Shown one piece after another: positions 1-9,348 of a stretch of 64,000 nucleotides of DNA. A model generated the notes under the pieces. That model searched no databases, was not told the origin of the DNA, and saw only the letters and a program-made list of their open reading frames with translations. Numbering within the stretch: position 1 is the first letter of the stretch; every line of letters begins with the position of its first letter. A program made the position numbers and the translations under genes. The DNA comes from a virus, in IMG/VR virus record IMGVR_UViG_3300042294_004068, positions 1-64,000 of that record; one strand, given 5' to 3'.

Positions 1-97
1 CCTCCCTGCATTAATACCGTTGCAATTTAGGTGTAAGTTACTACGTGACACACCGTTGTAGTACAGGCGTACACGAGCGTGCCGTTATAATTTAAGA

Positions 98-283
98 ATG
101 ATTTCTGTGTTTGCGCATGCCGACCCGTCAGGTGACTGGGGTCTCCACCACGTATTACCAGCGCTCGCCGCTTTTGGGAGCACCGTTGGTATGTATCTCG
201 TCTTAGGGCGAGCCGCTATTTCGAAGTTGGTTCGACGGGCCGCTGGGTTATTGCGCAGCTTTTGCACACGCCGTCCGCATTAA
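98..283 (+). CDS. Small membrane peptide, leaderless
   Basis: TATAAT (86-91) exactly 6 nt before ATG; one hydrophobic segment. Confidence 0.55.
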   Translation: MISVFAHADPSGDWGLHHVLPALAAFGSTVGMYLVLGRAAISKLVRRAAGLLRSFCTRRPH

Positions 284-403
284 GTTCCTCGCCGCACCAG
301 AAGCAATCCGTTGTCATAGCAGGTCATCCATTAAAGACACGCCGTCTTCAGGCACGGGTTCTTTAGTACAGTCACCGTCTCGCAATCCCATGCCGTTCTC
401 CTC

Positions 404-459
404 TTGACAAACCATTAATTACTAACTATGCTAGCACCTAGCATAGTTTAGTAATTAAT
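404..459 (+). promoter_or_regulatory. Sigma70-type promoter TTGACA-N17-TATGCT overlapping a 21/22-bp palindrome
   Basis: TTGACA 404-409, TATGCT 427-432; inverted arms 414-434 and 438-459. Confidence 0.6.
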
Positions 460-661
460 CTATAAATCCCATGCCGCTAATGTTGCGAACAACTTGCGGC
501 TCGTTTGATTGAAGTTTCAACAATCCGTTAACCATCTCCGCTGCTTCATTGGCGCGAGCCGTTACTCTGATGTGCTCGTCTCTTGTGCGGGCCAGCTTGA
601 TGTCATTCTCTAGCCGCTCTGCGTGCAGCTGTGCTAATTCTAAAAGTTGTTCGGTTGTCAT
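455..661 (-). CDS. Hypothetical coiled-coil protein
   Basis: ATGA overlap with upstream 658..1641 gene. Confidence 0.6.
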   Translation of the reverse strand: MTTEQLLELAQLHAERLENDIKLARTRDEHIRVTARANEAAEMVNGLLKLQSNEPQVVRNISGMGFID

Positions 662-1641
662 CGTAGCTCGTCGAGCTCCTCGTCTGAGATAGCGGGTTGT
701 TCGGAAGTTGGTACAGCTTCAGCTTGGGGGGTAAAAATTTTGGCGGGTTCCTGATCGAGCTCCAGAACAACTTCCGCATCTTGTATGGAAGTCTGATCAA
801 CGAGCTGGCCCTGGATGACATTCGCTCCTGATTTCAAACGAGCAAGCCGTTCAGCAATAATCTCAGCGGGTGTGCGGGAATCCTTTAACTCCACGCCGAT
901 GTCAATCTCCATACCAGCACGCACGCCAGCACGGTCGAGAATCTCCGTCGCCGCTTTGAGGCGGACGGGTTCAGAGACAGCGGTCTCCATAAGTTCTTCA
1001 AGTTTGTCCACAGCGTAGGGAGCAGACTGTAGGAGTTTTGCGCGGGCCCGTTCCACATCGTGAGTTGACTTGTTATTTTTACCCAGGTGCATCTTGCACA
1101 GGCTGTCATCTTTGATGCGACCCGTTGACCACAACTGGCAGCGCATGCCTTCAAATGTTGTTTCGCGACAGCGGACGGGTAGAACTCTCGGCGCTCGCTT
1201 TGCGGTAGGCGGGCCGCCAGCTTCCTGCTCTTTTATGTAGGCGCGAGTTGCCGCTACCACCCAAGGTGGTGCTTGCCGTGATGCCTCGGCATCGACCACA
1301 AGGTCAAGGCCCGTTAGGTAATCTGAGTTTGAATTCTTCTGGTCAGAGAGCAGAGCCCGTTTGGTGCTGATGGTAAGCAGACGCCGCTCTTGGAGTTGTT
1401 CCTTAGAGCGGGCCTCAATGAGATTAGTTGCGTGACCTGATTCGGTATAGACGGGTGTCCATGTGAAGCCCATGCTTCGGAGGACTCCGCGGTTGGAGTA
1501 ATTATCCTCAACAACGCCGCGTTCGTGTTCGACCAATCCGTATTCAGAAAGGTCGGGCCGTAGGTCTACGGGTGTATCGATGATGGGAGCTTCGCGCTCC
1601 TCCTCATCTGGTGTTCCAAAAAGTGAGAGGCCGTCAGTCAA
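658..1641 (-). CDS. Putative terminase small subunit-like protein with C-C-C-H Zn finger (HGGxSTG-like)
   Basis: RC..TFEGMRC...LCKMHLG and SEPVRLKAATEILDRAG motifs. Confidence 0.5.
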   Translation of the reverse strand: MTDGLSLFGTPDEEEREAPIIDTPVDLRPDLSEYGLVEHERGVVEDNYSNRGVLRSMGFTWTPVYTESGHATNLIEARSKEQLQERRLLTISTKRALLSDQKNSNSDYLTGLDLVVDAEASRQAPPWVVAATRAYIKEQEAGGPPTAKRAPRVLPVRCRETTFEGMRCQLWSTGRIKDDSLCKMHLGKNNKSTHDVERARAKLLQSAPYAVDKLEELMETAVSEPVRLKAATEILDRAGVRAGMEIDIGVELKDSRTPAEIIAERLARLKSGANVIQGQLVDQTSIQDAEVVLELDQEPAKIFTPQAEAVPTSEQPAISDEELDELR

Positions 1642-1656
1642 AATTTTTACCCCCCA

Positions 1657-1842
1657 CTAGTTCAAGCCGAGGTGATCCCTCAGCTCTAATCTTTTAGCTG
1701 CCAATTGGTCTGCGTAGTACGCCTTCTCCGTTTTGGTGCGGTACTCCGAGTTACGCAGACGCTCCACCAAAGCCTCAATCTCGGCTTTAAGTTCGAGCTC
1801 TTTTTCAACGTGAGCTTCTAGCTGCTCTGGTGTCATTGGCAT
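1657..1842 (-). CDS. Hypothetical protein
   Basis: ORF with AAGGA SD in minus-strand operon. Confidence 0.65.
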   Translation of the reverse strand: MPMTPEQLEAHVEKELELKAEIEALVERLRNSEYRTKTEKAYYADQLAAKRLELRDHLGLN

Positions 1843-1860
1843 CGTAAAGTTATTCCTTTG

Positions 1861-2157
1861 TTAGGACTTCTTCTTAGCTGGGGCCTTCTTGGCCTTTGTT
1901 GTTTCGGCTGCAAGTTTCTTGGTTACCTCTGCTGCTGCTACGGCTGCGATGCGACCGAAAGCTGGGTCCTTCTTGTTCATCCAGCGAAGAGCCGTTGGGA
2001 TGATAGATGCCCATAGAGCGTTGGCTACAAGGAGCCATTCGCCAGAACCAAAGTCAAGTGGGGAGCCCACTCCGCTGGTCTGGCTGACAATCATTACTGC
2101 GCCGATGACCTGACCTGCGAGGTTACGGAGGTAGGACTCGAGTGCTGCTTTGTTCAT
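1861..2157 (-). CDS. Actinophage holin-like membrane protein
   Basis: Two hydrophobic segments, PTALRWMNKKDPAFGR motif, Lys-rich tail. Confidence 0.6.
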   Translation of the reverse strand: MNKAALESYLRNLAGQVIGAVMIVSQTSGVGSPLDFGSGEWLLVANALWASIIPTALRWMNKKDPAFGRIAAVAAAEVTKKLAAETTKAKKAPAKKKS

Positions 2158-2323
2158 CGATGTATCTCTCTAAGTAGGGTTTTTTAGTTTCTACTTGGAA
2201 TACAAAATAACACACATGGTTGAAAAGTTTTTTTCAAAAATGGTGTGAAACAAGAGTCCTTTAATAAGGAAAGTTTTGACAGGAAAGTCCGAAATGAGCG
2301 TAAAACACTGGGTTTTTAATTAT

Positions 2324-2379
2324 TGAACGACACCCAAAAAGTTCTGAATAAAAAGTGATTTTATACGGCGTGTCGTTCA
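2324..2379. promoter_or_regulatory. 10-bp inverted repeat TGAACGACAC/GTGTCGTTCA with GACAC cores
   Basis: Arms 2324-2333 and 2370-2379, intergenic. Confidence 0.5.
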
Positions 2380-2562
2380 CACATCGAGGAACTCTTCGAG
2401 CTTTTTAAGAAGGTGGCTTGCATCATCAACAAACTGGTTTTTGCCTTTGGGCCAGACGGTTTCGTCGAGTTCTTTATGTCTGTGCCAACCACCTGCTCGA
2501 GCAATCCGTAGGGCAGTGATGGCTTCTTCTCGAGTTAGGGTTATTTTATCTTTATCACTCAT
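2377..2562 (-). CDS. Hypothetical protein
   Basis: ORF in minus-strand operon; start moved to MSDKDK. Confidence 0.55.
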   Translation of the reverse strand: MSDKDKITLTREEAITALRIARAGGWHRHKELDETVWPKGKNQFVDDASHLLKKLEEFLDV

Positions 2563-2848
2563 CAGGGGTATCCTCCTTTTCAAGGATAGGCAGTTGCTTC
2601 AAAATGTCTGGGTCATTGTCAACTATGACATCAATGGCTCGACGGATTCCAAGGGTGTAGAAACTCTTATCGTCTTCCCCCATGGAGGCTTCCCAATCTT
2701 TGACCATCTGCTCGAGTTTTTCGACCTTATCCAAAATAGCATCGTTGGATAGACCTTCGACCTTTTGGATGATTTTTTGATAAGCCTCTGGGGTGATTTC
2801 ATTATTGATGGTCATGTCCCAAAGTAGGGCGGTAAGTGCTTGCTTCAT
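2555..2848 (-). CDS. Hypothetical protein
   Basis: AGGAG SD; overlaps neighbours. Confidence 0.65.
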   Translation of the reverse strand: MKQALTALLWDMTINNEITPEAYQKIIQKVEGLSNDAILDKVEKLEQMVKDWEASMGEDDKSFYTLGIRRAIDVIVDNDPDILKQLPILEKEDTPDE

Positions 2849-3324
2849 CGTATCTCCTCAAGACAGGTGGTGCATAGAAGGGCATCAAAACCTGTGGCTT
2901 CATAGGACACGGTTTTGTATTCGGTCACAGCGACAGGTGAGATTTGAACATCCCCTGCTGGAGTTGCTTCGACCCCACACTTATCGCATTTGACTTCGGC
3001 AATCCACTCAACGTTTTTGTCTGCGCTAAAGGATGCAGCAAGTCCACGAGTCAAAGCGTGTTCTGCTCCAGGACCACTGGTCTTTCTCAAGAACAATCTG
3101 GTGTCCTCAACAAGGACGACTGGTCTCATGTTTTTGCATGGGCAGTAGTAGCGGCTTGGTACACATTGGATAACACCCGATTCTGTGGAGTGTTTGTTTA
3201 TAGCGTGTCCACACAAACAGATTCGCTTGTCTGAACTTGGTTTGCGAGTCAAGGCTTGATCGACCTCAACTGCTTCTTCTGCGTTTATGCCTAACATGGC
3301 AAGTGCATTTCTAGCGTTTGTCAT
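2845..3324 (-). CDS. Cys-rich putative Zn-binding protein
   Basis: CxCGH, CxC and two CxxC motifs. Confidence 0.65.
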   Translation of the reverse strand: MTNARNALAMLGINAEEAVEVDQALTRKPSSDKRICLCGHAINKHSTESGVIQCVPSRYYCPCKNMRPVVLVEDTRLFLRKTSGPGAEHALTRGLAASFSADKNVEWIAEVKCDKCGVEATPAGDVQISPVAVTEYKTVSYEATGFDALLCTTCLEEIR

Positions 3325-3541
3325 TGTCGTCTCTTTCGTCTCTCATGAAGTTCCATCCCATGATGTTCTTGAATTGAACATCCGTTTCTGCTCGCTCAAT
3401 AAGTTGACCGAACATTCGCTCGAGGAACTCAGATTTTCTTTTAGCTTCTTTGTACTCTCGTACAGCAGAAATTATGAAGACTGCAAGTAGCACTCCAAAA
3501 AAGTTTGCAGTTGCAATTATCAATATCTCAATCCAGTTCAT
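3311..3541 (-). CDS. Single-pass membrane protein
   Basis: N-terminal TM helix; ATGA coupling. Confidence 0.6.
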   Translation of the reverse strand: MNWIEILIIATANFFGVLLAVFIISAVREYKEAKRKSEFLERMFGQLIERAETDVQFKNIMGWNFMRDERDDNDKR

Positions 3542-3801
3542 TGGTCACCAACCTTCAATAACCCATGAGCCAGTAACTCATCGACAACCCAGCTTGCATC
3601 TTGGGTTGCAATCTTTAGCCACTCATCTGCATCAAGTGGAATCCTTGTAGGAAACCATTCCTTCATCAAACGACCAGCAACTATGTATTTAACTCTCTCA
3701 GGAGTAACTATCATTCCGTCATTCATAAAAGTATTATTACCTTTCGACCTAACACTTGTCAACCCAAATCCCCTAACTTTTTTTGACTTCTCTACAACCA
3801 T
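3538..3801 (-). CDS. Hypothetical protein
   Basis: First ORF of leftward operon; start uncertain. Confidence 0.5.
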   Translation of the reverse strand: MVVEKSKKVRGFGLTSVRSKGNNTFMNDGMIVTPERVKYIVAGRLMKEWFPTRIPLDADEWLKIATQDASWVVDELLAHGLLKVGDQ

Positions 3802-4240
3802 ACACTATATTTAAATACTACCATACACTACTTCTTAATTTTATAAATTTCAACCCAGTTTTCTAGGGGGTGAAACTTTTTTATCGTACGCGTCTAGAAA
3901 ATAGGTTAAGATTTATATTATTAAGTATAGTTTTTAGTTGTACTATCGTCAAAAATTAAAAGTTTTTTGTTTTTTCCTGATAGTACTGACCTTCCTGCAA
4001 AAACATGTACTATCGTCAAAAATTAAAAAACTTTACGATTTCAACGATAGTTATTTAAAATAACTATCAGCTTTTAAAAGATGGAAGGGCTTTTTTGACG
4101 ATAGTTATTTTTCTTTAAAAAAGTGCAGGAAGGTAGATACTATCGTCAGAAATTGAAAAACCTTTTAATGTTTTTGGCGCTAGTACAACCAAAGACCATA
4201 CACTAGATTTGAATAAGACTTAACTTAGAAATGTCGACAT
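3802..4240. repeat. AT-rich iteron array, candidate replication origin
   Basis: ACTATCGTC-type cores in both orientations at about 3941, 3977, 4008, 4041, 4061, 4096, 4138 and 4176; no ORF. Confidence 0.65.
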
Positions 4241-4900
4241 TTAGACTGTAAAAATGACAGCCTTATGGTGCTCAACCCTAATCAGAGGGTGGAGCCAAAT
4301 CTTGTAGCCAGCCTCCTTAGCCCCCACACACCAAGAGTAGTCCTCCCCAAACATGACAGGAAAATCTGCCCCCTCAATCTCAGTCTCCCTAATCCGAAAC
4401 CAAGGACGTTGCATCTTCTTGAAGACCTCAGCCTTGACGGCTACAAATCCAAAGCCAACCCCATCGACCATGACAGGTTCTCCCTCTAGAAGAAATTCGG
4501 TGGCGTTTAAGGAGACAGGGTGTCCATTACTGTTCAGACGCATAGCCGAAATCCGTCCATCTCGACCCACCGCAACCATCCCAGAGAGGATGTCCTTGTC
4601 CGACTGGATAAGGGCTTCAAAGGCTTCGACAGACCAAGAGATGTCGGAATCTATCCACACAATCTTTTCGCAGGTGAACTTCTCACCCCCAAAGGAGGTA
4701 GCCTCCCAATCTGACCCATAACTATCTGTAGCAGTGTTCTCTCTAGCACTTGGAACAAAGCTCGAAAATTGAGAGACGAAGTGATAACTCAGACCTTTTT
4801 TGCTCAGCCATTTAGTAGTTTCAATAAGGCTTTTTACAAAGTCAGCCTTCATATCAGAGCCTGGAGTTGCAATCACTATGTTGTAATGCTTCTTTTCCAT
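4241..4900 (-). CDS. GT-A fold (GT2-like) glycosyltransferase
   Basis: IVIATP, WIDSD (DxD), GFGF and GEDYSWC motifs. Confidence 0.75.
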   Translation of the reverse strand: MEKKHYNIVIATPGSDMKADFVKSLIETTKWLSKKGLSYHFVSQFSSFVPSARENTATDSYGSDWEATSFGGEKFTCEKIVWIDSDISWSVEAFEALIQSDKDILSGMVAVGRDGRISAMRLNSNGHPVSLNATEFLLEGEPVMVDGVGFGFVAVKAEVFKKMQRPWFRIRETEIEGADFPVMFGEDYSWCVGAKEAGYKIWLHPLIRVEHHKAVIFTV

Positions 4901-4924
4901 GGCACCACACTATAGGATGAACCC

Positions 4925-5272
4925 ATGAAAAAGAAGAAAACGACAGACTTTAATGACGAATTGCCCGCTGGCTCAGCGGTCTTAGAACATACAGACATCC
5001 TTATCCATAATGTTCATGAACCTGATAGGTGCGGCAAAGAGTTCTGTACCGTTCACAACCGCTCTAATCACCACATGCGCTCCTTCCCTCAATACTGGAG
5101 AAGTGACATAGGGGTTATGGAGAGGACATGCTCGCATGGCGTTGGACACCCAGACCCAGATGAATTTGCAATTGCAAAGGACATCTATCTAGCAATCCAC
5201 GGATGCGACGGATGTTGCCAAGCTCCCACACAACTTGTAGTACGCAGAGATTTAAGGAACTTAGGAAAATGA
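4925..5272 (+). CDS. Conserved phage His/Cys-rich hypothetical protein
   Basis: ERTCSHGVGHPDPD and HGCDGCC motifs; leaderless -10. Confidence 0.7.
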   Translation: MKKKKTTDFNDELPAGSAVLEHTDILIHNVHEPDRCGKEFCTVHNRSNHHMRSFPQYWRSDIGVMERTCSHGVGHPDPDEFAIAKDIYLAIHGCDGCCQAPTQLVVRRDLRNLGK

Positions 5273-5757
5273 ATATTCAAAGTATCAAAAATGCTTTAGC
5301 CATCGAAATGATGAAGGGTGGAGGTTGGGACCCCGATCATCCAGAAGAGCACCCCATTGAATGGGACTTGACTCGACCAGATAGTCAATACTCCATGGCT
5401 GTTGACCAAGCATCTAAAGTTACAGATTTTATTCTGCAACAGATTATGAATATGTCAGATGAATCAGATGATGAAGAAGAAGAGTTGGAAGAGTATGAAT
5501 TTGGACCTCTTCATAGAAACCAAACTAATACAACATCTGCCTCACTTTTTATTTTTATGGATGCAGGTACAGGCAATCCACGTTATGTTTCCGATGTTCG
5601 TAAGTGGTTAGAGAATGTCGACAAAGCAGGTATCCCAGATAACACAGAAATCGAGGGACAGTTATATTTAGATTATGACCTTAACGGCATAATTGAAACT
5701 ATTGAATGTGGAGAGTGTGGAACAAGAGATATGCTTATCTCCACCTGTGGGCATTGA
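5269..5757 (+). CDS. Acidic hypothetical protein with C-terminal CxxC
   Basis: ATGA overlap at 5269. Confidence 0.65.
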   Translation: MNIQSIKNALAIEMMKGGGWDPDHPEEHPIEWDLTRPDSQYSMAVDQASKVTDFILQQIMNMSDESDDEEEELEEYEFGPLHRNQTNTTSASLFIFMDAGTGNPRYVSDVRKWLENVDKAGIPDNTEIEGQLYLDYDLNGIIETIECGECGTRDMLISTCGH

Positions 5758-6128
5758 TGCTCAATCCTAAAAATCTAGCAAGACTATTAGACAAAAATAC
5801 TAATAAACCTTTGACCTACATATCAGGTCCTATGACAGGGTTACCTGATTTTAACCGCCCAGCATTCAATAATGCTGCAGACTATCTACGCTCACAAGGG
5901 TTAAATGTGTGGAATCCTGCAGAGGAGTTTGACTCAAACTATCTATATCCACGTAAGGTTTACATGCGCCGAGACATCGAAGCACTTTTAAAGTGCGACT
6001 CAATCGTGATGTTGAACGGGTGGGAGAAATCTTCTGGTGCTCGTTTAGAGCTTGAAATAGCTCGAGAATTGGAAATGAACATCTTCTACTTAGGAGATAA
6101 TAATCTATCTAAGGAGACTACAAAATGA
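5757..6128 (+). CDS. DUF4406 / nucleoside 2-deoxyribosyltransferase-like protein
   Basis: YISGPMTG, NPAE and GWEKSSGARLE motifs. Confidence 0.8.
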   Translation: MLNPKNLARLLDKNTNKPLTYISGPMTGLPDFNRPAFNNAADYLRSQGLNVWNPAEEFDSNYLYPRKVYMRRDIEALLKCDSIVMLNGWEKSSGARLELEIARELEMNIFYLGDNNLSKETTK

Positions 6129-6271
6129 GACCAACACCAGAAAAGCTTCCAGAAAACTTGCGTGACAAGTGTCCATATTGTGGACGTCCTAGGGAATACG
6201 ACGATGGTCACGGTCGTCCACGCTGCCCAAAGCAGGGATGCGCTGGACAGCACTCAGGCTGGAATAAGTAG
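6125..6271 (+). CDS. 48-aa Zn-ribbon peptide (not in ORF track)
   Basis: AAGGAG SD; MRPTPE...CPYC...CPKQGC. Confidence 0.55.
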   Translation: MRPTPEKLPENLRDKCPYCGRPREYDDGHGRPRCPKQGCAGQHSGWNK

Positions 6272-6294
6272 TAGTTTCAGCAAGACCAAAAGCT

Positions 6295-6323
6295 TTGCAA
6301 TAACTAGTCTACGCAAGTAGGCT
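6295..6323 (+). promoter_or_regulatory. Promoter of nrdJ operon
   Basis: TTGCAA-N17-TAGGCT. Confidence 0.6.
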
Positions 6324-6367
6324 AAATCATCAACCCATAAACAGAACAACTGTCAGGAGACAACAAC

Positions 6368-8410
6368 GTGAGTATCGCTTTCTCTTTTTCACTATCAAAA
6401 GATTTCGTAGCAACATATAAAGAGAAGAAAGCGCCATTTGGTTATCGCGATGCTGGTGGAAACTCCGTTGGTGAAATTACATTCCTTCGCACTTACTCTC
6501 GTAAGAAAGAAGATGGAACTAAAGAGACTTGGGCTGAAGTCTGCGAGCGCGTAACCAACGGTACATACTCACTTCAAAAAGATTACGCAAAGTCTCAACG
6601 TCTTCCTTGGAACGATGCAAAGGCACAATCCTCTGCTAAAGAATTTTTTGATCGCCTATTCAACTTGAAGTGGACTCCACCAGGACGTGGACTTTGGGTT
6701 ATGGGTACAAGCATTGTCAACGTACAGAAGAACTCTGCTGCACTTCAAAACTGCGCATTTGTTTCTACTGCAGAGATGACAAAGAACAACCCAGCAAAAC
6801 CATTTGCATTTCTTATGGAAGCATCAATGCTTGGCGTTGGTGTTGGCTTTGACCAAGTAGGTGCAGACAAGGACTTCACTATTTATGAGCCACAAGGTGA
6901 AGAGGCTTACGTTATCCCTGACACTCGTGAAGGATGGCAGGAGTCAACCGTTGCACTTATTAACTCTTTCCTTAAGGAAGGACAGAAGGCTCTAGTTTTT
7001 GATTACTCAGAGATTCGTCCATACGGTGCACCTATTGCAACCTTTGGTGGAACAGCATCTGGTCCAGACCCACTCATCCTTCTTCACGATGTTATTCGCA
7101 AGATGTTCACTGGTCGTGCAGGTGGCAAGCTCACACGCACAGATATTGCAGATATTGGTAATTTGATTGGTCGTTGTGTAGTCTCGGGCAATGTTCGTAG
7201 AAGCGCAGAAATCCTCATTGGTGACATCAATGACGAAGACTTCCTCAACCTCAAAAATGCAGAGCGTTTCCCTGAGCGCAACTCATACGACCCAGAAAAT
7301 CCAGGGTGGGGTTGGATGTCAAACAACTCAGTCGCAGTTGAAGTTGGAACTGACTTCAACCCAATCATTGATGGAATTGTCCGCAATGGTGAGCCTGGCG
7401 TTATCTGGATGGATACGTCTCGTCAGTACGGAAGATTGGCAGACCCAATCAATAACAAAGACTGGCGAGTCGCAGGTTACAACCCTTGTGCAGAACAGTC
7501 TCTCGAATCATATGAAATGTGTACGCTCGTTGAAACTTACCTCAACCGTCACGACTCACTCGAAGACTACAAGCGAACACTCAAGTTTGCTTACCTCTAC
7601 GCCAAGACTGTAACTCTTCTCCCAACGCACTGGGAAGAGACAAACGCAATCATGCAGCGTAACCGTCGCATTGGTACATCTATGTCAGGTGTTGCAAACT
7701 TTGCAGATACAAAAGGTCTTCCAGTTCTACGTAAGTGGATGGACGAAGGCTATGCAGTTGTGAAGAAGTATGACGAGGTTTACTCAGAGTGGCTTGGAGT
7801 TCGTGAGTCAATTAAGACCACAACTGTTAAGCCATCAGGAACAGTGTCAATCCTTGCAGGTGAGTCACCAGGAGTTCACTGGACTCCAGGTGGAAAGTTC
7901 TTTAACCGTGCAATTCGTTTTGGTAACAACGACCCAATGCTTCCGTTGTTTAAGATGGCTAACTACACAGTTGAACCTGCATCAGAGTCACCAGAGACAA
8001 CATCAGTTGTTTACTTCCCAATCAAGTCAGATGCAGAGCGTGCAGAAAAAGACGTTACCATCTTTGAAAAGATGTCACTTGCTGCAATGGCTCAACACTG
8101 GTGGTCAGATAACTCTGTATCTGTCACAGTCTCATTTGATCCCGAGAAGGAAGGCGAGCATGTAGGCACAGTCCTTCACATGTACGACGGACAGCTCAAG
8201 ACTGTTTCATTCCTTCCATCAGGAAACTTTACTTACCCACAGATGCCTTACACACAAATCACCGAAGAAGAATACGAGGCTTCAGTTAACAAGATTTTCC
8301 CAATTGACTTCGATGGTGTTTACGCTGGACTTGCATCTGACGCAATCGGTGAGGCTTACTGCACCACAGATGCTTGCGAGATAAAACTAGTCGTGGAGAA
8401 CAACAAGTAA
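6368..8410 (+). CDS. nrdJ: Class II adenosylcobalamin-dependent ribonucleotide reductase (monomeric RTPR type)
   Basis: PPGRGLW, NCAF, VSGNVRRSA, NPCAEQ, TTVKPSGTVS and C-terminal YCTTDAC motifs. Confidence 0.95.
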   Translation: MSIAFSFSLSKDFVATYKEKKAPFGYRDAGGNSVGEITFLRTYSRKKEDGTKETWAEVCERVTNGTYSLQKDYAKSQRLPWNDAKAQSSAKEFFDRLFNLKWTPPGRGLWVMGTSIVNVQKNSAALQNCAFVSTAEMTKNNPAKPFAFLMEASMLGVGVGFDQVGADKDFTIYEPQGEEAYVIPDTREGWQESTVALINSFLKEGQKALVFDYSEIRPYGAPIATFGGTASGPDPLILLHDVIRKMFTGRAGGKLTRTDIADIGNLIGRCVVSGNVRRSAEILIGDINDEDFLNLKNAERFPERNSYDPENPGWGWMSNNSVAVEVGTDFNPIIDGIVRNGEPGVIWMDTSRQYGRLADPINNKDWRVAGYNPCAEQSLESYEMCTLVETYLNRHDSLEDYKRTLKFAYLYAKTVTLLPTHWEETNAIMQRNRRIGTSMSGVANFADTKGLPVLRKWMDEGYAVVKKYDEVYSEWLGVRESIKTTTVKPSGTVSILAGESPGVHWTPGGKFFNRAIRFGNNDPMLPLFKMANYTVEPASESPETTSVVYFPIKSDAERAEKDVTIFEKMSLAAMAQHWWSDNSVSVTVSFDPEKEGEHVGTVLHMYDGQLKTVSFLPSGNFTYPQMPYTQITEEEYEASVNKIFPIDFDGVYAGLASDAIGEAYCTTDACEIKLVVENNK

Positions 8411-8634
8411 TGAGTCAAGTAGTTATTTACACAATGCCTAATTGTGTCCAGTGCAATGCAACCAAAAAGTATTGCGATGATAAGAACATCGAGTACACAA
8501 CCGTTGACATTAGTACTGACCCAAGTGCTTACAACCTTGTCTCCTCTTTAGGCTACAAGCAAGCACCTGTCGTTATAGCGGGGGATAGCCACTGGGCTGG
8601 CTTTAGACCAGATATGCTTGCGACCCTCCACTAA
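8410..8634 (+). CDS. nrdH: NrdH-redoxin
   Basis: CVQC, QAPVV, WAGFRPD; TAATG coupling to nrdJ. Confidence 0.9.
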   Translation: MSQVVIYTMPNCVQCNATKKYCDDKNIEYTTVDISTDPSAYNLVSSLGYKQAPVVIAGDSHWAGFRPDMLATLH

Positions 8635-8644
8635 AGGACAGACA

Positions 8645-8818
8645 ATGGCAACCTACGAGTACAAGTGCAAAAATGAGCATCTTCAAGAGGTTCGTCGTCC
8701 CATGACAGCCCCTGAAGAGGATGTCGTTTGCGATACATGCTCTGAGCCTATGAGTAAGATATACCACCCAGCTCCGACAATTTTTAAAGGTTCTGGGTTC
8801 TACTCAACTAGGAAATAG
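8645..8818 (+). CDS. FmdB-family zinc ribbon protein
   Basis: MATYEYKC...CDTC...FKGSGFYST. Confidence 0.85.
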   Translation: MATYEYKCKNEHLQEVRRPMTAPEEDVVCDTCSEPMSKIYHPAPTIFKGSGFYSTRK

Positions 8819-8888
8819 AATTAATGTTGGGCGAGCCTATTGACGTGCCAGTAGGCTCCCCTTCATACTTGGCTCAAAGGGGGTAATA

Positions 8889-9053
8889 ATGTTATTTACA
8901 CAAGGTGACGTTGTTGCGATTATTATTGCGTTATTAGGATGTTTAACAGTAATGGGGCTATTCTGGAGACAGAATGTTGCACTACAAAAACAAAACATTA
9001 GGCTCAGAAAGCGTATTGTTGAGTTAGAAGCAAAATCTACTCGTAGTAGATAA
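8889..9053 (+). CDS. 54-aa membrane peptide with coiled tail (not in ORF track)
   Basis: AAGGGGG SD; MLFTQGDVVAIIIALLGCLTVMGLFWRQ. Confidence 0.55.
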   Translation: MLFTQGDVVAIIIALLGCLTVMGLFWRQNVALQKQNIRLRKRIVELEAKSTRSR

Positions 9054-9093
9054 AATGCTATGATTGAATACCAAAGCATAAGGAAGGACAAAG

Positions 9094-9348
9094 ATGGCAA
9101 TTCAAGTACCGCACTTCGATGACCCGAAGGAAAAGATTGCATGGATTCGTGCAAAGACAGTAGAGCTTTCTGTAAATAGCGATAACCCTGCTATTGAAGA
9201 AGACCGTGCATCTCTTGATGCTGTTTATAAGGCAGCACTTGAAGAGGCTGATCTTGCAGAGTGGACACCTACTGAAGCTCAGCGTCATCCAGAGGTTGAC
9301 CCATTTGTTGAAGAAGTTCTTGCTCCACCAACTGAACCAACAGAATAG
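9094..9348 (+). CDS. Acidic hypothetical protein
   Basis: AGGAAGG SD. Confidence 0.65.
   Translation: MAIQVPHFDDPKEKIAWIRAKTVELSVNSDNPAIEEDRASLDAVYKAALEEADLAEWTPTEAQRHPEVDPFVEEVLAPPTEPTE

Noticed and set aside
6272-6367. Cobalamin riboswitch before nrdJ or before 22870
   Set aside because: Leaders are too short and no B12 box is visible
6368-8410. Intein or intron in nrdJ, terL or primase
   Set aside because: Normal lengths and contiguous motifs; no splice-junction or homing endonuclease signatures
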